Of a stretch of 64,000 bases of DNA, positions 1 to 13,410 are shown piece by piece. The position numbers were made by a program, and so were the translations under genes. Origin of the DNA: Eledone cirrhosa (Eukaryota); NCBI GenBank assembly GCA_964016885.1, contig OZ024740.1, forward strand, positions 142,228,001 through 142,292,000. Reading direction: 5' to 3'. The notes beneath the pieces are model-generated. The model did not search any database, had not been told where the DNA came from, and was given only the letters and a program-made list of their open reading frames with translations. Positions within the stretch are counted from its first letter, which is position 1. The number at the start of each line of letters is the position of its first letter.

Positions 1-784
1 AAAAGTGAATAAAATATAATTATTTTAAAAAGTAAATACTAAAACAAAAAAAAAAGACACCATGTAAATGGCGGTTAATGTTGATGTGTGTTGGTGGTGA
101 TAGTTGCAAAGGTTGTTGTAGTGGTGATGGTGTTGTTGGTTGTGGTGTTGGCAGTGGTTCTATTATTGTTGGTGGTGGTGGCGGGGGAGGCGTGACATCG
201 TTTGTTGTGGTGATAGTGGCGGTGACGTTGGTTGTAGTAAGTTAATGTTGAATTGTTGGTGAAGATATTGATGGGGTGGACGGGTGGTAAATTGAAGTGT
301 CGGAGGTGGTGCTGTCGGCTACGGCAGCCTTGGTGACTTTGACATTGATGGTGATAGGGATGGCGTTATATTTTATTGTGGTAGCAGTGGTGAGAATGGT
401 GTGAATGTTACTGTTGGTGATGACGGTGGTGATGATGGTGGTTTTCCTGATGTAGTGGATGTGGCAGTGGTGATGATGGTATGGATGTAGTGATGGTATG
501 ATAGTAGTGATGGTATGGTAGTAGTGACAGTATGGTGGTCGTGATGGTATGGTGGTGATGGTGGTGGTGGTATCGCGGTGGTTAGGTGGTGGTGGTGGTG
601 GTGGTGGTGGTGGTATAATGGTTGGTGTAGTATAAAAGTATGATGTTAGTCGTCGTCGTAGTGGATGATGGCGGGGTCGCCGTTGCTAATGTTCATGCTG
701 TAGATTATATAATCACTGATTTACTGTTGGCAGTGATGAGAGGCTTCTATGTCATACAATATGGAGTTGCAAACAGCCAGGAAA

Positions 785-838
<54 letters not shown>

Positions 839-902
839 AACTACTACTACTACTACTACTACTACAACTACTACTACAACTACTACTACAACTACTACTA
901 CA

Positions 903-964
<62 letters not shown>

Positions 965-989
965 AACTACCACTACTACTACTACTACA

Positions 990-1042
<53 letters not shown>

Positions 1043-1043
1043 A

Positions 1044-1093
<50 letters not shown>

Positions 1094-1121
1094 AACTACC
1101 ACTACTACTACTACTACTACA

Positions 1122-1192
<71 letters not shown>

Positions 1193-1211
1193 AACTACCA
1201 CTACTACTACA

Positions 1212-1246
<35 letters not shown>

Positions 1247-1271
1247 AACTACCACTACTACTACTACTACA

Positions 1272-1330
<59 letters not shown>

Positions 1331-1355
1331 AACTACCACTACTACTACTACTACA

Positions 1356-1387
<32 letters not shown>

Positions 1388-1424
1388 AACTACTACTACA
1401 ACTACTACTACAACTACTACTACA

Positions 1425-1516
<92 letters not shown>

Positions 1517-1553
1517 AACTACTACTACAACTACTACTACAACTACTACTACA

Positions 1554-1600
<47 letters not shown>

Positions 1601-1678
1601 CACTATTACTACTACTACTACTACTACTACTACAACTACTACTACTACTACTACTACTACTACAACTACTACTACAAT

Positions 1679-1750
<72 letters not shown>

Positions 1751-1770
1751 AACTACTACTACAACTACTA

Positions 1771-1807
<37 letters not shown>

Positions 1808-1901
1808 AACTACTACTACAACTACTACTACAACTACTACTACAACTACTACTACAACTACTACTACTACTACTACTACTACAACTACAACTACTACTAC
1901 A

Positions 1902-1942
<41 letters not shown>

Positions 1943-1977
1943 AACTACTACTACAACTACCACTACTACTACTACTA

Positions 1978-2030
<53 letters not shown>

Positions 2031-2056
2031 GCTGCTGCTACTGTTGCTACTGCTGC

Positions 2057-2091
<35 letters not shown>

Positions 2092-2124
2092 CTCCTCCTC
2101 CTACTACTACTATTACTACTATTT

Positions 2125-2193
<69 letters not shown>

Positions 2194-2244
2194 TTTCTAC
2201 TACTACTACTACTACAGCTACTGCTGCTGCTGTTGCTGCTGCTG
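785..2244. repeat. (CTA)n trinucleotide microsatellite with CAA/CCA variants, ending in (CTG)n
   Basis: Directly visible. It explains the poly-L/poly-Y/poly-V ORFs. Confidence 0.97.
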
Positions 2245-2546
2245 ATGATGTTGCTGTTGCTGCCGCTGTTACTGCTGCTGTTGCTGCTAACTTATGGTCC
2301 TCGTCATAGCTGCTGCTGTTACTGTTCTTGTTTGGTTCTACGTCTGTCCAGGTGAAGCAGACATGATCAAACGCGTTTTAGCTGTAGCCATTCCGTCTCT
2401 TCTGAATAACTGGAACTATATCTTAAGGTGTGATCTGAGAGAGGACGGCTACTATTTCTATTAAGTCAATTGATTATTAATTAACTTCCCTCATAAGTGT
2501 AGTTTTAATAGTGTTGCGGTATTGCTATGTTGTAGTATAGTATAGT

Positions 2547-2610
<64 letters not shown>

Positions 2611-3163
2611 ATACTATACTATAACTATATCTCCTGTTTAACTCCATTTTTTTATTTGATATATTGGCTCCTGATTCATTTATATATATACAGTAAGTAG
2701 AGCTTCTTAAGCTGAATGGTTCTCAGCTGCTGTTTTTAGCGGTCTGTTGGTCCATTCACACCACCATGTACTGTATAGCGTGTATGTTTTCTCTTTCCAC
2801 CATGTGTGTTTACTAGTTATCTGATATATTTTTATAAGTGTGGATCGTATTGTTAATAAGCCGTCAGCGGTATGATTCTACACTTTATTTGCAGCGAAAC
2901 ATGCTTACAACATATCCAGGAGATATAGCTATAAACGAATGGTCTGTACATTTTGATTTATTCCTTTAATAGATATGTATTCTCCATTCCTTTCATAGAC
3001 AATGTTTTTCACTCTGGTGGTATTCTATCCCCTATAATTGAACATATACCACTTTGTGTATTTTTCTCTATATACTGTCTTATAAAGACCCCAGAATCGA
3101 TACCTTGAGTTCATTAAATTATAGGGGATCAATGTGAGTCTTTAACTCGGTTTTTTTAATTTC

Positions 3164-3213
<50 letters not shown>

Positions 3214-3782
3214 AAAATGAGGTAAATATCTCTCTGAATACTAAGTACCCATAGAGATATATAGGGTGTCTATAATATAATTGTTGTTCTATGGTACTAA
3301 TTTGAAATACCAGAACAATAAAAATTGAGATGAGCAGAACAAACAAATATTAAACAATCCTTTAAATAAATTAAAAAATGATTTAAATATCTACCAGTTC
3401 ATAATACTATTACCGGCGGTTTCGCTTTACAAAAGATTAGAAATTCAGGGAATTTCTAACGGAAAAGTAAAGTTCATCAGAGAGCCATTTCCATCCTATA
3501 GGACTAAGTCACACAGCCTGCAAATATAATGCCAACTACCAGCTCGTATAAGTTATGGCCGTTAAAGTGACCCACACGTCAACTGGCCGCTAGTGAAAGC
3601 GGGAATATTAGACGTGTTGATGGCTTTGCTGCTAAAAAAATAGCAGTAAGCAAAAACGAATTTTTTCTCTACATAGATTGGAGAATATATAAAATGAGGT
3701 AAATATCTCTCTGAGTACTAAGTACCAATATAGATATATAGGGTGTCTATAATATAATTGTTGTTCTATGGTACTAATTTGA
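3214..3782 (-). mobile_element. Small non-coding HHR-bearing element (PLE pseudo-LTR/retrozyme-like) with ~92-bp terminal direct repeats, flanked by (TA)n
   Basis: 3214-3305 is nearly identical to 3691-3782. An HHR lies between them and (TA)n lies on both outer sides. Confidence 0.7.
3407..3484 (-). ncRNA. Type I hammerhead ribozyme motif
   Basis: Minus strand reads ctct-CTGATGA-A-CTTTAC...(internal hairpin TTAGAAATTC/GAATTTCTAA)...GTAAAG-C-GAAAC-C gcc G-GTA-atag. Stem I has one mismatch. Confidence 0.75.
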
Positions 3783-4016
3783 TGTATATATATATATATA
3801 TATATATATTTCGTTTCTGAATTTGTTTAGCAAGATTCTTTATCTGAAAACGTGTGTTGAAACCGATATTGTTATACTTTGGAAGGGTCATGTTGCCAAT
3901 AAGAAAAACACGCACCAGTTGCTTTCACTTCAATTTATTATAATAAATTTATAAATTCAGGAATTTATAAATTTCCGGTTGGTTTGGTTCCACAACCAGA
4001 TGGTTGTTTATATATT

Positions 4017-4060
4017 GTCAAAGTTATTTCGTCACACATTCTGTGACCTCTTCAGTGACT
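4017..4060 (-). ncRNA. Minimal type I hammerhead (inverted arm copy)
   Basis: gtca-CTGAAGA-G-GTCAC...GTGAC-GAAA-taac-TT-tgac. Confidence 0.75.
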
Positions 4061-4690
4061 GGGGATTCTTTTCTTTGTTTTTTGTACCTCTCCTTTGTAC
4101 CTCCCTGTATAGTTAAGAAATGTATAATCTGTAAATTAAACCCCCATATTAACTGTAAAACTAGAAATGTAGTATATAGCATAAGATGTACTGAAGGACA
4201 ATGTAGAGATAAAAATATAGTGTACATAGGTGAGACAGCTCGTAGTATAGGGGAACGGATAAATGAACACTGACGAGACCTTCAAGATAGTAAAGAATCA
4301 TCTGTACTCTACCAACATGCTAAAATAGAGCATAAGGGTAAATTAGAGAACATAGAAATAAAAATAGAATCTACACATAGAAAAGACGCAATGTTTAGAC
4401 AAATCACAGAGGCAATAAACATAAATGAATTACAACCAAAATTCAATAGAAAACATGAGTGGAACAGCAACATCACAACTTACAATTAAGGACAAAATGA
4501 AAATACACACGCACATAGAACAAACAACCAACCAGTAACATGTAAATAAACAAATAAATAAACGAATATAAACACACACAGACACCCGGATGTAACACAT
4601 GCGCAAACTAAGCACACAACACACACACAAAAACAAGATGGCGTAGGACAGAACAAAGGAGAGGCACAAAAAACAAAGAAAAGAATCCCC

Positions 4691-4734
4691 AGTCACTGAA
4701 GAGGTCACAGAATGTGTGACGAAAGAACTTTGAC
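4691..4734 (+). ncRNA. Minimal type I hammerhead
   Basis: gtca-CTGAAGA-G-GTCAC agaatgt GTGAC-GAAA-gaac-TT-tgac. Stem I gtca/tgac; stem III minimal. Confidence 0.8.
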
Positions 4735-4880
4735 AATATATAAACAACCATCTGGTTGTGGAACCAACCAACCAACCGGAAATTTATAAATGTATTATAA
4801 TAAATTGAAGTGAAAGTAACTGGTGCGTGTGTTTCTTATTGGCAACATGACCCTCCCAAAGTATAACAATATATATACAT

Positions 4881-5030
4881 ATAGGAAAATGTTTGACCCC
4901 GACGGCAGAGCTCAAGCCGTTTCGACGGGGTCAAACATTTTCCTATTACCCACTCTACTACCCTAAGTATTGAGTACTCTGGTGTGTTATGGTCCATCTG
5001 GTTCCTTACCACTCTTCCTTCGTAATTATA
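4881..5030 (+). mobile_element. Fold-back fragment of the 'half-hammerhead' repeat family
   Basis: Imperfect palindrome at 4881-4946. Shares CTAAGTATTGAGTACT...TTATGGTCCATCTGG with the 23.1, 53.8 and 54.4 kb copies. Confidence 0.7.
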
Positions 5031-5079
5031 TTTGGGAAAAATAAACAAGATAAAAATAATTTACCTATTTATTTTGATG

Positions 5080-5141
5080 TCCCGACTGCAGTTTCGTTGC
5101 GTAATCTCAGCTTTTCAGCGTAATCTCAGCTCATCAGGAAA
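5080..5141 (-). ncRNA. Type I hammerhead motif with palindromic loop III and a disturbed stem II
   Basis: tttc-CTGATGA-G...C-GAAAC-TGCA-GTC-ggga. A 14-nt sequence is duplicated inside stem II. Confidence 0.65.
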
Positions 5142-5384
5142 TTCACAATCAAGAAAAGTTCTTCTGAGTTATCCGCTGCGAGCGATAATTTCGAATGGAA
5201 GAATTATAACGTGATTAACGGTCAACAGAAGGGCAGTGGTAGGTAGACAATTGCAAGTAACACGACTGCTAGAAAAAGCAGTCCGATGCAGCCGAATTTG
5301 ATATTCTACAATAGGGGAGTAATTAACAAATTAATTGAAGATATTTTATATATTTATACACTAGTATAAGTATAGACATACATA

Positions 5385-5530
5385 TGAGGCAGTCCAACCA
5401 ATAAATAGGTAATTTTTTTCTTATCTTATTTACTTTTCCCAATTATAATTTTATTATGCTCTGATAAATTGATATCTATTTTTTATTAATTCCTTCAATT
5501 AGTAAAACTGGTATTGGTTGGACTCCCTCA
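5385..5530. mobile_element. Tc1/mariner-type MITE
   Basis: Imperfect TIRs TGAGGCAGTCCAACCAATA / TATTGGTTGGACTCCCTCA, with TA on both sides. Confidence 0.6.
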
Positions 5531-5544
5531 TATGTATGTCTTTA

Positions 5545-5672
<128 letters not shown>

Positions 5673-6484
5673 TACATATACATATTGTCACTCAAATTGC
5701 ACGCAGAATAACAAATGTATAAGACGAACAACCAATTGCATATCTAGACCTCTTCAGCCACTTTCAGGCGTGCAATTCCACGCATAAAGGTAGCAATGTA
5801 CTTGCAACATGAATTTGCTCAACAGATTTGTGAACTGCCCTGTTGAGACAATCTAACAACGAAAAGTGTACAAAAAAATAAGGATGTCTTTCGACTAAAA
5901 TACGGGAAGAAATAAACAACAGAATCATGAGTGAATTAAGGCGAAATATACTCTGGAAAGAAAGAAAAATTTAGAGTATTATCAAAGGAATATTGTAGAC
6001 AAAACCTAAGTTTGCTATCTACCAAATCCAAGAGATGAAAGGAAGAGGGATGGGAGTCGAAGAGTAAGGAGTGAGGCTGGTGATTCCTCAATTAAAAGAA
6101 GACAGAGGAATAAATAGAGCGTGTGTGAGAGGAAAAAGAGGAAGGAAAAAGAGGAAGGAGAGGAGGGAAATGGGGGGGGGGGGAGAAAGAATAAAACGAA
6201 AAAGGGGGAAGTTAAGGTCACGCATCTAAAACAGAGTTGACTACGAAATGTCGTGAACATATTTCCCAACGTTTCCTATATATTATATACAATACATGGA
6301 AAACTGGTGTATAGCTTCCTAGGTACTTGGAGTTTCCTGAAGCAGGCTGATGTTACTTCGTTCGTCAACTATCACTAGGAAGATATACGCCAGTTTACCA
6401 TATATTTTATATAATATAGTATATTTACCTATATGCTTAGTGATTACAACCCCACATTCAGACAACAAATATATATATATATAT

Positions 6485-6565
<81 letters not shown>

Positions 6566-7517
6566 TACATATTCGCGTGTGCATGTGTCGATGTATATGT
6601 GTGTATATGAGAGTTTGCATGTATATCTATATATATATGTAAGTGTATGTATTACTATTATGGCGACGAATTGGTAGAGTATTTAGAGTGTTGAATTAAA
6701 AGCGCTCTGAGTCCAAATCTCACCCCTTAACAGCGACAAACGTTGACGCTACCCCTTCCCAGAAGGCTGGTCTCTCATAAGAAGTAAGTGGTTTAAAAAA
6801 CGATGCTGATATTCTCAAATACCGGCTGATATATCTTCATAACGTTTTGAAATCTGCTGTAAGCTGAAATAACGATTAAAAGCGTGTGTATTTGCTCATT
6901 CTAACGTTCAGTCGATCTCAATAACTATGTTATATATCATATTTCACAAATCACACCAACACCTTTCAAAGGTGTTGGTGTGTTATATAAATCTTAACAC
7001 CCAACACTTAAGTTGTATTTTAATAAATGACTCATTACTTAGGATTGCGGATTCTGAGTTCTGTTTTTTGGAGACGATTCAAATGTTAAATTAACAATAA
7101 TTAATTCTTTTTTTCATTATTATTGTCATTTATGTTATTTTTGTTATTTTATTTTTGTTTTTTTTGTTTTCTGGGTAGTGGGCTAAGCTGAACTGAGACG
7201 AGATGTAATTGAGATGAAAAGTGTATTTTAATGGAATTAGCTTAATTCAAACGTCAAGATAGAAATATCATGTGTAATCCAGCTTATATAAGGATAGTAA
7301 TATGTTACACATAATCCGGATATATGGAAATGCTGTAGACAGTTGTAGAAGGAAGCTTTCGGCGAGACGCTGTTTTGGTTTCTATTTCATATCATTTACA
7401 GTTCATTTACGCGGTTATATAGGTTTTGAAACAATGTTTACATATCTTGTGCAAGCGTCTTCTACTATGGTCTTGTGAGTGCGATTTGATTGATGGAAGC
7501 TGCAGAGACTTGTTGCG

Positions 7518-7623
<106 letters not shown>

Positions 7624-9149
7624 ATAATCATAATCAGTGTTGGCTAATCCAATTATTCGACCAACAATGATCGACGTCATGGATGCCAAAAGGTTAATAC
7701 CCTGTGTGGTATCAGACGGAGTATCAATGTGCTTGTCGAACGCCGAAATGAAATATAAATACATGTTCCATGGCAGCATATGAATAAAATCAAACTTTAT
7801 ATTTATTTACATTCGAATAATCACTAATTAACAACATTTCTGTACCTTCGAAATGTGCATAACAGGATGACATAATGGAATAAAATTATGTTGAATATGT
7901 GATACTGTCTCTCTTCCTTTTCTTAATATTTATATATATATATGTGTGTGTGTGTGTATTTGTGTGTGTGCATGTGTGTGTATCCAGTAACTTAGCTGTT
8001 CGACAAGGAAAAAGAAATCGATAAAATAAGTACCTGACATGAAAGAATATGATCGAATAAATCAAGGCGGTGCCTCAGCATGACTGCAGTGTAATGACTT
8101 AAACCAGTTAAAGACTAGAAGAATATATTGCTCAGACCTAATGAATATTTTGTGAATTCAAGATGTATATTTATAAGAAATATACTGGAATGTTTGTAAT
8201 AGTGGAAGTTAGTAGTTTGATGGGTTGGTTGTTATAGAGGCTTTAGGAATGATGGGTTGTTGATATAGCGGTAATTGTATGGGTGAGCGCGTGTGTATGT
8301 GGGGGGGGGGGGGGGGGGGCATGTGTGCGGTTGCATTTTGTATAGCTTAGGATTTATGTTCTGGATGTATGGTGGAATGGGATAGTTTTCGTAAACTGTA
8401 AGGGATTGTAAAAACGACAGTTAATGGAACGTAGGTAAATGTAGGGTCTTTATGCAGTAAGACGTTATGTGGTCTGTTCGATTTGATTTAGAATGTGACT
8501 AGATAAATGTATAGTTTAGGAGTCACTTGAATGTCAGATAGAATGCTTTACGGTTCTCATTCTGACTGTCTGCACTCTGATTTCACATCATGCCTCTGTC
8601 AACTTTGTCCTTCATCCTTTCCAGATGGATAAATATAGTACCAGTCAAGTACTGATGTCAATGTTCTCTCTATGTTTCATTCTTTCTTTATCTCTCGCTC
8701 TCTATATTTCTCTGGAAGAAATCTGTTGTTTTTGACCTAGAGAAGGATGGGTTCCACTTGGTTTGAAATGCCCGAAACACGCTATATATGACGAGGTCAC
8801 CTATACGACTCAATCGGGAATTCGGGGTCCATGGAGTTGAGATACCCATGTATATAAGTATATATATGAATAACAACAGTGGTGAAGATAAATATAGATA
8901 ATTATGAGCGCCTAAAAATAATTGAGCATAACTGTGGGCATTCTTTTTCATTGGATTGTTTACTTGTTAATTAGTAAATGGAAAAGGGCTGTGATAGCGT
9001 CCGTATGGGATACGATGGTGTGTGAGTGAGGCTGTAGTTGTTAATGTTTGTCACTATTGCAAAATTTAGTATTTTAATTTACATGCAAACATATATGTAC
9101 ACGTACAGATACACGAATACAAATCCATGCATATATATATATATATATA

Positions 9150-11663
9150 GATAGATAAATTTCTTTATTAGCCACAAGGGCACAAATGAAGGGGACAAAT
9201 ACAAATGGGGAGTTTACATACAGGTATATGAAAATAAAATTATTAATACAATAACAAATAACAATTGAAATCCCAAATAGGGGGGAGGTGTTACACAGGG
9301 GTTGTACACACCCCGAAAAAATGTACAACCCTCATCTCCAGGAGCACCAAGAGTGAGTACTCCCTCCTCTCTTCCTCTTTTTCCTCAACCTACAGGCTTA
9401 TATATAGAGAAGGCCCAACCACTCGGGCCATCTTTGCCACATTCACCCACCCTTTGCTGGGGTACAGCACCTCTCTCTCCATCCTGATTCTTCTTCCAAA
9501 ATGATATTTGAAAAAACGAATCAGTTGCTCGCCGGAGAGAAAGGTGTCTGACCTCAGCCCTTTTAACCTCGTCCACCATATAACCTCTTTCACCATAGCC
9601 ATAACACATAGTAAAACCGCCTCTCTCTCGTTTTTGAAGGAGGGTGGCGGTTTGATCATGACAATGGACTCGGTGGTCAACTGGATTGGTCCCACCCGTG
9701 ACAATAGTCGTTCTACATAGCCCCACAGGTCGGTAACGCCCGGGAAGTGTACAAATGCGTGTGCGACGGTTTCCTCGTCGCGCACGCATCTCGGACAGAT
9801 CTTTTTCGAAGGGTCCCTACCCGGGCGCCCGTGTCTGTAGAGCTTGTCTCGAACTGATAGAGCTCCTCGGTAGCACTGCCCGGCCAGGGACTTTTGGAAG
9901 TTGTCCATTGGTCCCGGGCGGAAGGTCCTACCGAACAGACTGGCCAGTTCGTCCTCCTCTACGCCTAGAGTTTCTCCGAGCGTGTCGTCGCACTTGCTGC
10001 GGACCAACCCTCTATAGAATGTCGAAGCGGAGTCTCCACTGATCACCGAGTCCGTTTGCCAGAGGACTGTGAGCGCCTGAGCACATTCGATATGCCAGTC
10101 GCCCATTTTGCTCGGTCTTTGCTTGACCAAGGTCTACAGCTCGGTCAGCGAGACGAGTCGTGGGAAGGCTCGCCTCACGAACGTGGGAAGGCTCGCCACA
10201 CCGGTTGCCTGGTGAGGAATACGTGGAGGTGCCGCAGCCTGAGCGCGTGTTTGCGCATCGTCAGCCACGGCATCCCAGCCCTCCGTTTGAAGGGTGTTGG
10301 AAGCAGATGGATCTTCTAACCAAAGGAGCCCGGTTCTTCCAAAGGAATTGGAAGAGCGCGCGCTCCATCTTGGTGAGCGTTTTGGCTGGACAAAGCACAA
10401 CGGTGGTCAAGCGGTAGTAGATGACGGACGCTATAAAAGTGTTCGCCACCTCCGTTCGACCTTTCAAGGATAGTTTGCACTCGGCCCACTTCTGGGTGAG
10501 CGCAAACACCTTGGCCATCACCTCGTTCCAGTTCTTCTCCACCTGGAGGTCAGGACCAAACCAGACCCCGAGCAGCTTTACCGGTCCTTCCGTCCAGCGT
10601 CCGACGACGTCGTCGGAAGGCATCGGTTTGCCTCTCCACGTTCCGAGTTGCAAACCGACGGATTTGTCCCGGTTCAGCTTCGCTCCTGTGAACCTTTCGT
10701 ATTCCTCCAGTAAGGGGCCGATGTCCCCGATTTGAGAGGTGCTCGACACCATTACTGTCACGTCGTCGGCGTAGGCCGACGCCGCTTTTCGCAGTCCCGG
10801 TTCCAAAGGGATTCCCTGCAGTAGCTCCAACTTCCGCAGTAGTGGCTCGAGAGTCAGTATGTACAGAAGGGAGGAGAGAGGGCATCCCTGTCGGATGGAT
10901 CGCGTGATATGGAACGGCTCCGAGAGGTAGCCGTTCACCTTGACCCTTGAGCAATTGTTGCTGCTGTGGATTGCAGCAATCCAGCCCCTGAACACTGGAC
11001 CGAAGCCTGCCGCCTCGAGCACCGCATCCAGTAACGATGATCAACCCTATCGAAAGCCTTAGACTGATCCAAATTGATCAGGGCCCCACCGAAGCCGGGT
11101 TTACACCCTACCCTCTCTATGATGTATCGCATGAGGTGGATGGAGGTTGTTGTGTATGGACCTGGTCGGGATTGCTCATGTCTGCGCTTCTCCCACCAGG
11201 TTTTCGACGACAAGCGCCAGCCTCTTTGCCAACACCTTGGCCAAAATCTGTAACTTTGTGTTGAGCAGAGTTATGGGCCGGAAGTTGCCTATGTCATCCC
11301 CCTTGCTCTCGTCCTTCCTGACTAACGTGATTACGCCCTTGGTCACAGAACTGGGAATTCTCCCGTTCTGCTGCCAGTTGCAGTAGACCGCTTCCATGAG
11401 ACCGGAGAACAAGTCCGGCATTGCTATGTAAAATTCGTAGGGTAGACCGTCGAGACCTGGAGATTTGCGTTTGCTGCATTGGCTCAGCGCGTCCCCTATC
11501 ACAGCGGCCGAAATCGGCCTTTCGCAGAACTTCGCCTCGTTGTCCGAGAGTCGCGGTAGGCCGTCGAGTTATGAACCGAAATCCATAGCCCCTCCCGGCG
11601 CGCCGCCCTGCCCGAACAGTTGAGCAAAGTGCCGCTGAAAGGCCGCGCACATTTGCTTCGGTT
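9150..11663 (-). mobile_element. 5'-truncated, frameshifted Tx1/L1-clade LINE (RT plus C-terminal Zn knuckle)
   Basis: Motifs KSPGLDGLPYEFY, NFRPITLLN, DQSKAFDRVDH, RQGCPLS, AYADD and CPRC...ETVAH across ORFs 11176-11502, 10935-11213, 10261-11022 and 9390-10130. AATAAA near the 3' end (~9164-9169). Confidence 0.93.
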
Positions 11664-11865
11664 CATAGATAGATAGATAGATAGATAGATATAGATAGAT
11701 TTCTATAGATAATTGGTGTAGGATGCTTAAAGCGTCCGTATGCGGTAGGGGGTATGCACACTCGATGCCCTCGTAGAGCTGAGTATGATATCACAGAAAA
11801 AAGAGAATCAGTGTTGCGACGAAAGGAATTTATTTCGTCGCAACAATGATTCTCTTTTTTCTGTG

Positions 11866-11896
<31 letters not shown>

Positions 11897-12419
11897 AAGA
11901 GAGTGAATGACAGAGAGAGAGAGAGAGAGAAATATGTATGTACATATATATACACACGCCCGCACACATACACACACAAATATATTTTTATATATATATA
12001 CACCTGAATTTAATTTAATTCCATCAAAGGAAACTGTCAGACTAGCAGATTTTGACATCACCTTAATTTTCTTTCTGAAAAGAAATGTTTCATTAACAAT
12101 TTAATAATATAGTTATTTGCTTGCCTGCTTGTTTGTTTGTTGTGTGGTTTTTTGTGTGTTGCTGTTGTATTTTTTCTTTTGCCACCATTTCATTTGTATA
12201 TTCAACCTGACAATAACATATGTTACTTTAATAATAAAGAAATTATTAGCAGTATTGTCGTGTGTATCTCACTGCATAATTTAGTTTTGTTTATTCTTAT
12301 ACTATTTTATTCATTATTAATTGCTTTTGATTTATTTTTCATTTATTATTTCGGTTTTCGTCATCAAATAAAGATATTAAAGAAAAACGTCATCGCCGTC
12401 GTTATTGTCAACGACGTCA

Positions 12420-13200
12420 TCTTTATTGTTGTTGCTTCTGTTGTTGTTGTTGTTGTTGCTATTGCTATTGTTGTTGTTATTGCTGTTGTTGCTGTTGCAG
12501 TTTCTGCTGTTGTTGCTGTTATTGTTGTTGCTGTTGTTGTTATTGATGTTGTTGCTGTTTCTGCTGTCGTTGCTGTTGTTACTGTTACTGTTGTTTTTGT
12601 TGCTGTTGTTGTTGCTGTTGTTACTGTTACTGTTGTTTTTGTTGCTGTTGTTGTTGCTGTTGTTACTGTTACTGTTGTTTTTGTTGCTGTTGTTGTTGCT
12701 GTTGTTACTGTTACTGTTGTTTTTGTTGCTGTTGTTGTTGCTGTTGTTACTGTTACTGTTGTTTTTGTTGCTGTTGTTGTTGCTGTTGTTACTGTTACTG
12801 TTGTTTTTGTTGCTGTTGTTGTTACTGTTGTTACTGTTGCTGTTGTTGCTGTTATTGTTGCGGCTGTTACTGTTTGTAGCTCTTGCTGTTGTTACTGTTG
12901 TTACTGTTGTTACTGTTGCTGTTGTTGCTGTTACTGTTGTTGCTGTTACTGTTGTTGCTGTTTCTAAAGCTGTTGCTGCTGCGGTTGTTTCTGCTGTTGT
13001 TGCCGTTGTTGTTGTTACTGTTGGTGTTGTTGCTGTTGTTGCTGTGGTTGCTGTTGTTACTGTTGTTACTGTTGTTGCTGTTGCTGTTGTTGTTACTGTT
13101 TCTGCTGTTGCTGCTGTTGTTGTTTCTGCTGTTGTTGTTTTTGCTGTTGCTGTTGTTTTTGCTGTTGTATGTTTCTACTACTGTGGTTATTGTTGTTGTT
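12420..13200. repeat. (GTT/GCT)n low-complexity tract with an internal 42-bp tandem unit
   Basis: The unit gttgctgttgttactgttactgttgtttttgttgctgttgtt recurs at ~12570-12820. Confidence 0.9.
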
Positions 13201-13204
13201 CTAT

Positions 13205-13410
13205 GAAAGTGTATGGTTTAGTGGTTAGGGTATCCGGCATCGTGTGATCGTTAGATCGTGAATTCGATTCCTGTGGAGGAGTTGCCTCCTTCAGCAAGGC
13301 ATTTTATTTCCTGTTGCTCCAGTACACTCAGCTTGGATAAAATGAGTTGTACTTGTAAATCAAAGGGTAACTATTTGTTTCTATGTCACACTGGATATGG
13401 CTGAGCAATA
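13205..13410 (+). mobile_element. tRNA-derived SINE (degenerate)
   Basis: A-box-like TGGTTTAGTGG, B-box-like ATTCGATTCC, and body GCAAGGCATTTTATTTC..TTGCTCCAGTACACTCAGCT shared with the 26.2, 38.2(-), 46.5 and 47.2 kb copies. Confidence 0.65.

Larger units (their letters stand above)
3809..4870 (+). mobile_element. 5'-truncated Penelope-like element with an inverted pseudo-LTR arm (~3809-4098) and a GIY-YIG remnant
   Basis: Encodes CIICKLNPHINCKTRNVVYSIRC...YIGETARSIGERINEH then a stop, homologous to the 32577 ORF. The left arm is the reverse complement of ~4655-4870. (TA)n flanks. Confidence 0.9.

Noticed and set aside
640-2355. Long poly-Leu/Tyr/Val ORFs
   Set aside because: Artefacts of the (CTA)n microsatellite.
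2860-2912. CGAAACATGC resembling an HHR 3' half
   Set aside because: No recognisable CTGANGA core or cleavage triplet.
4271-4273. In-frame TGA in the PLE endonuclease as possible selenocysteine
   Set aside because: It aligns with Trp (TGG) in the 32577 ORF, not Cys, so it is an ordinary nonsense mutation.
13205-13275. tRNA gene
   Set aside because: The A/B boxes belong to a SINE head, and no cloverleaf can be built.
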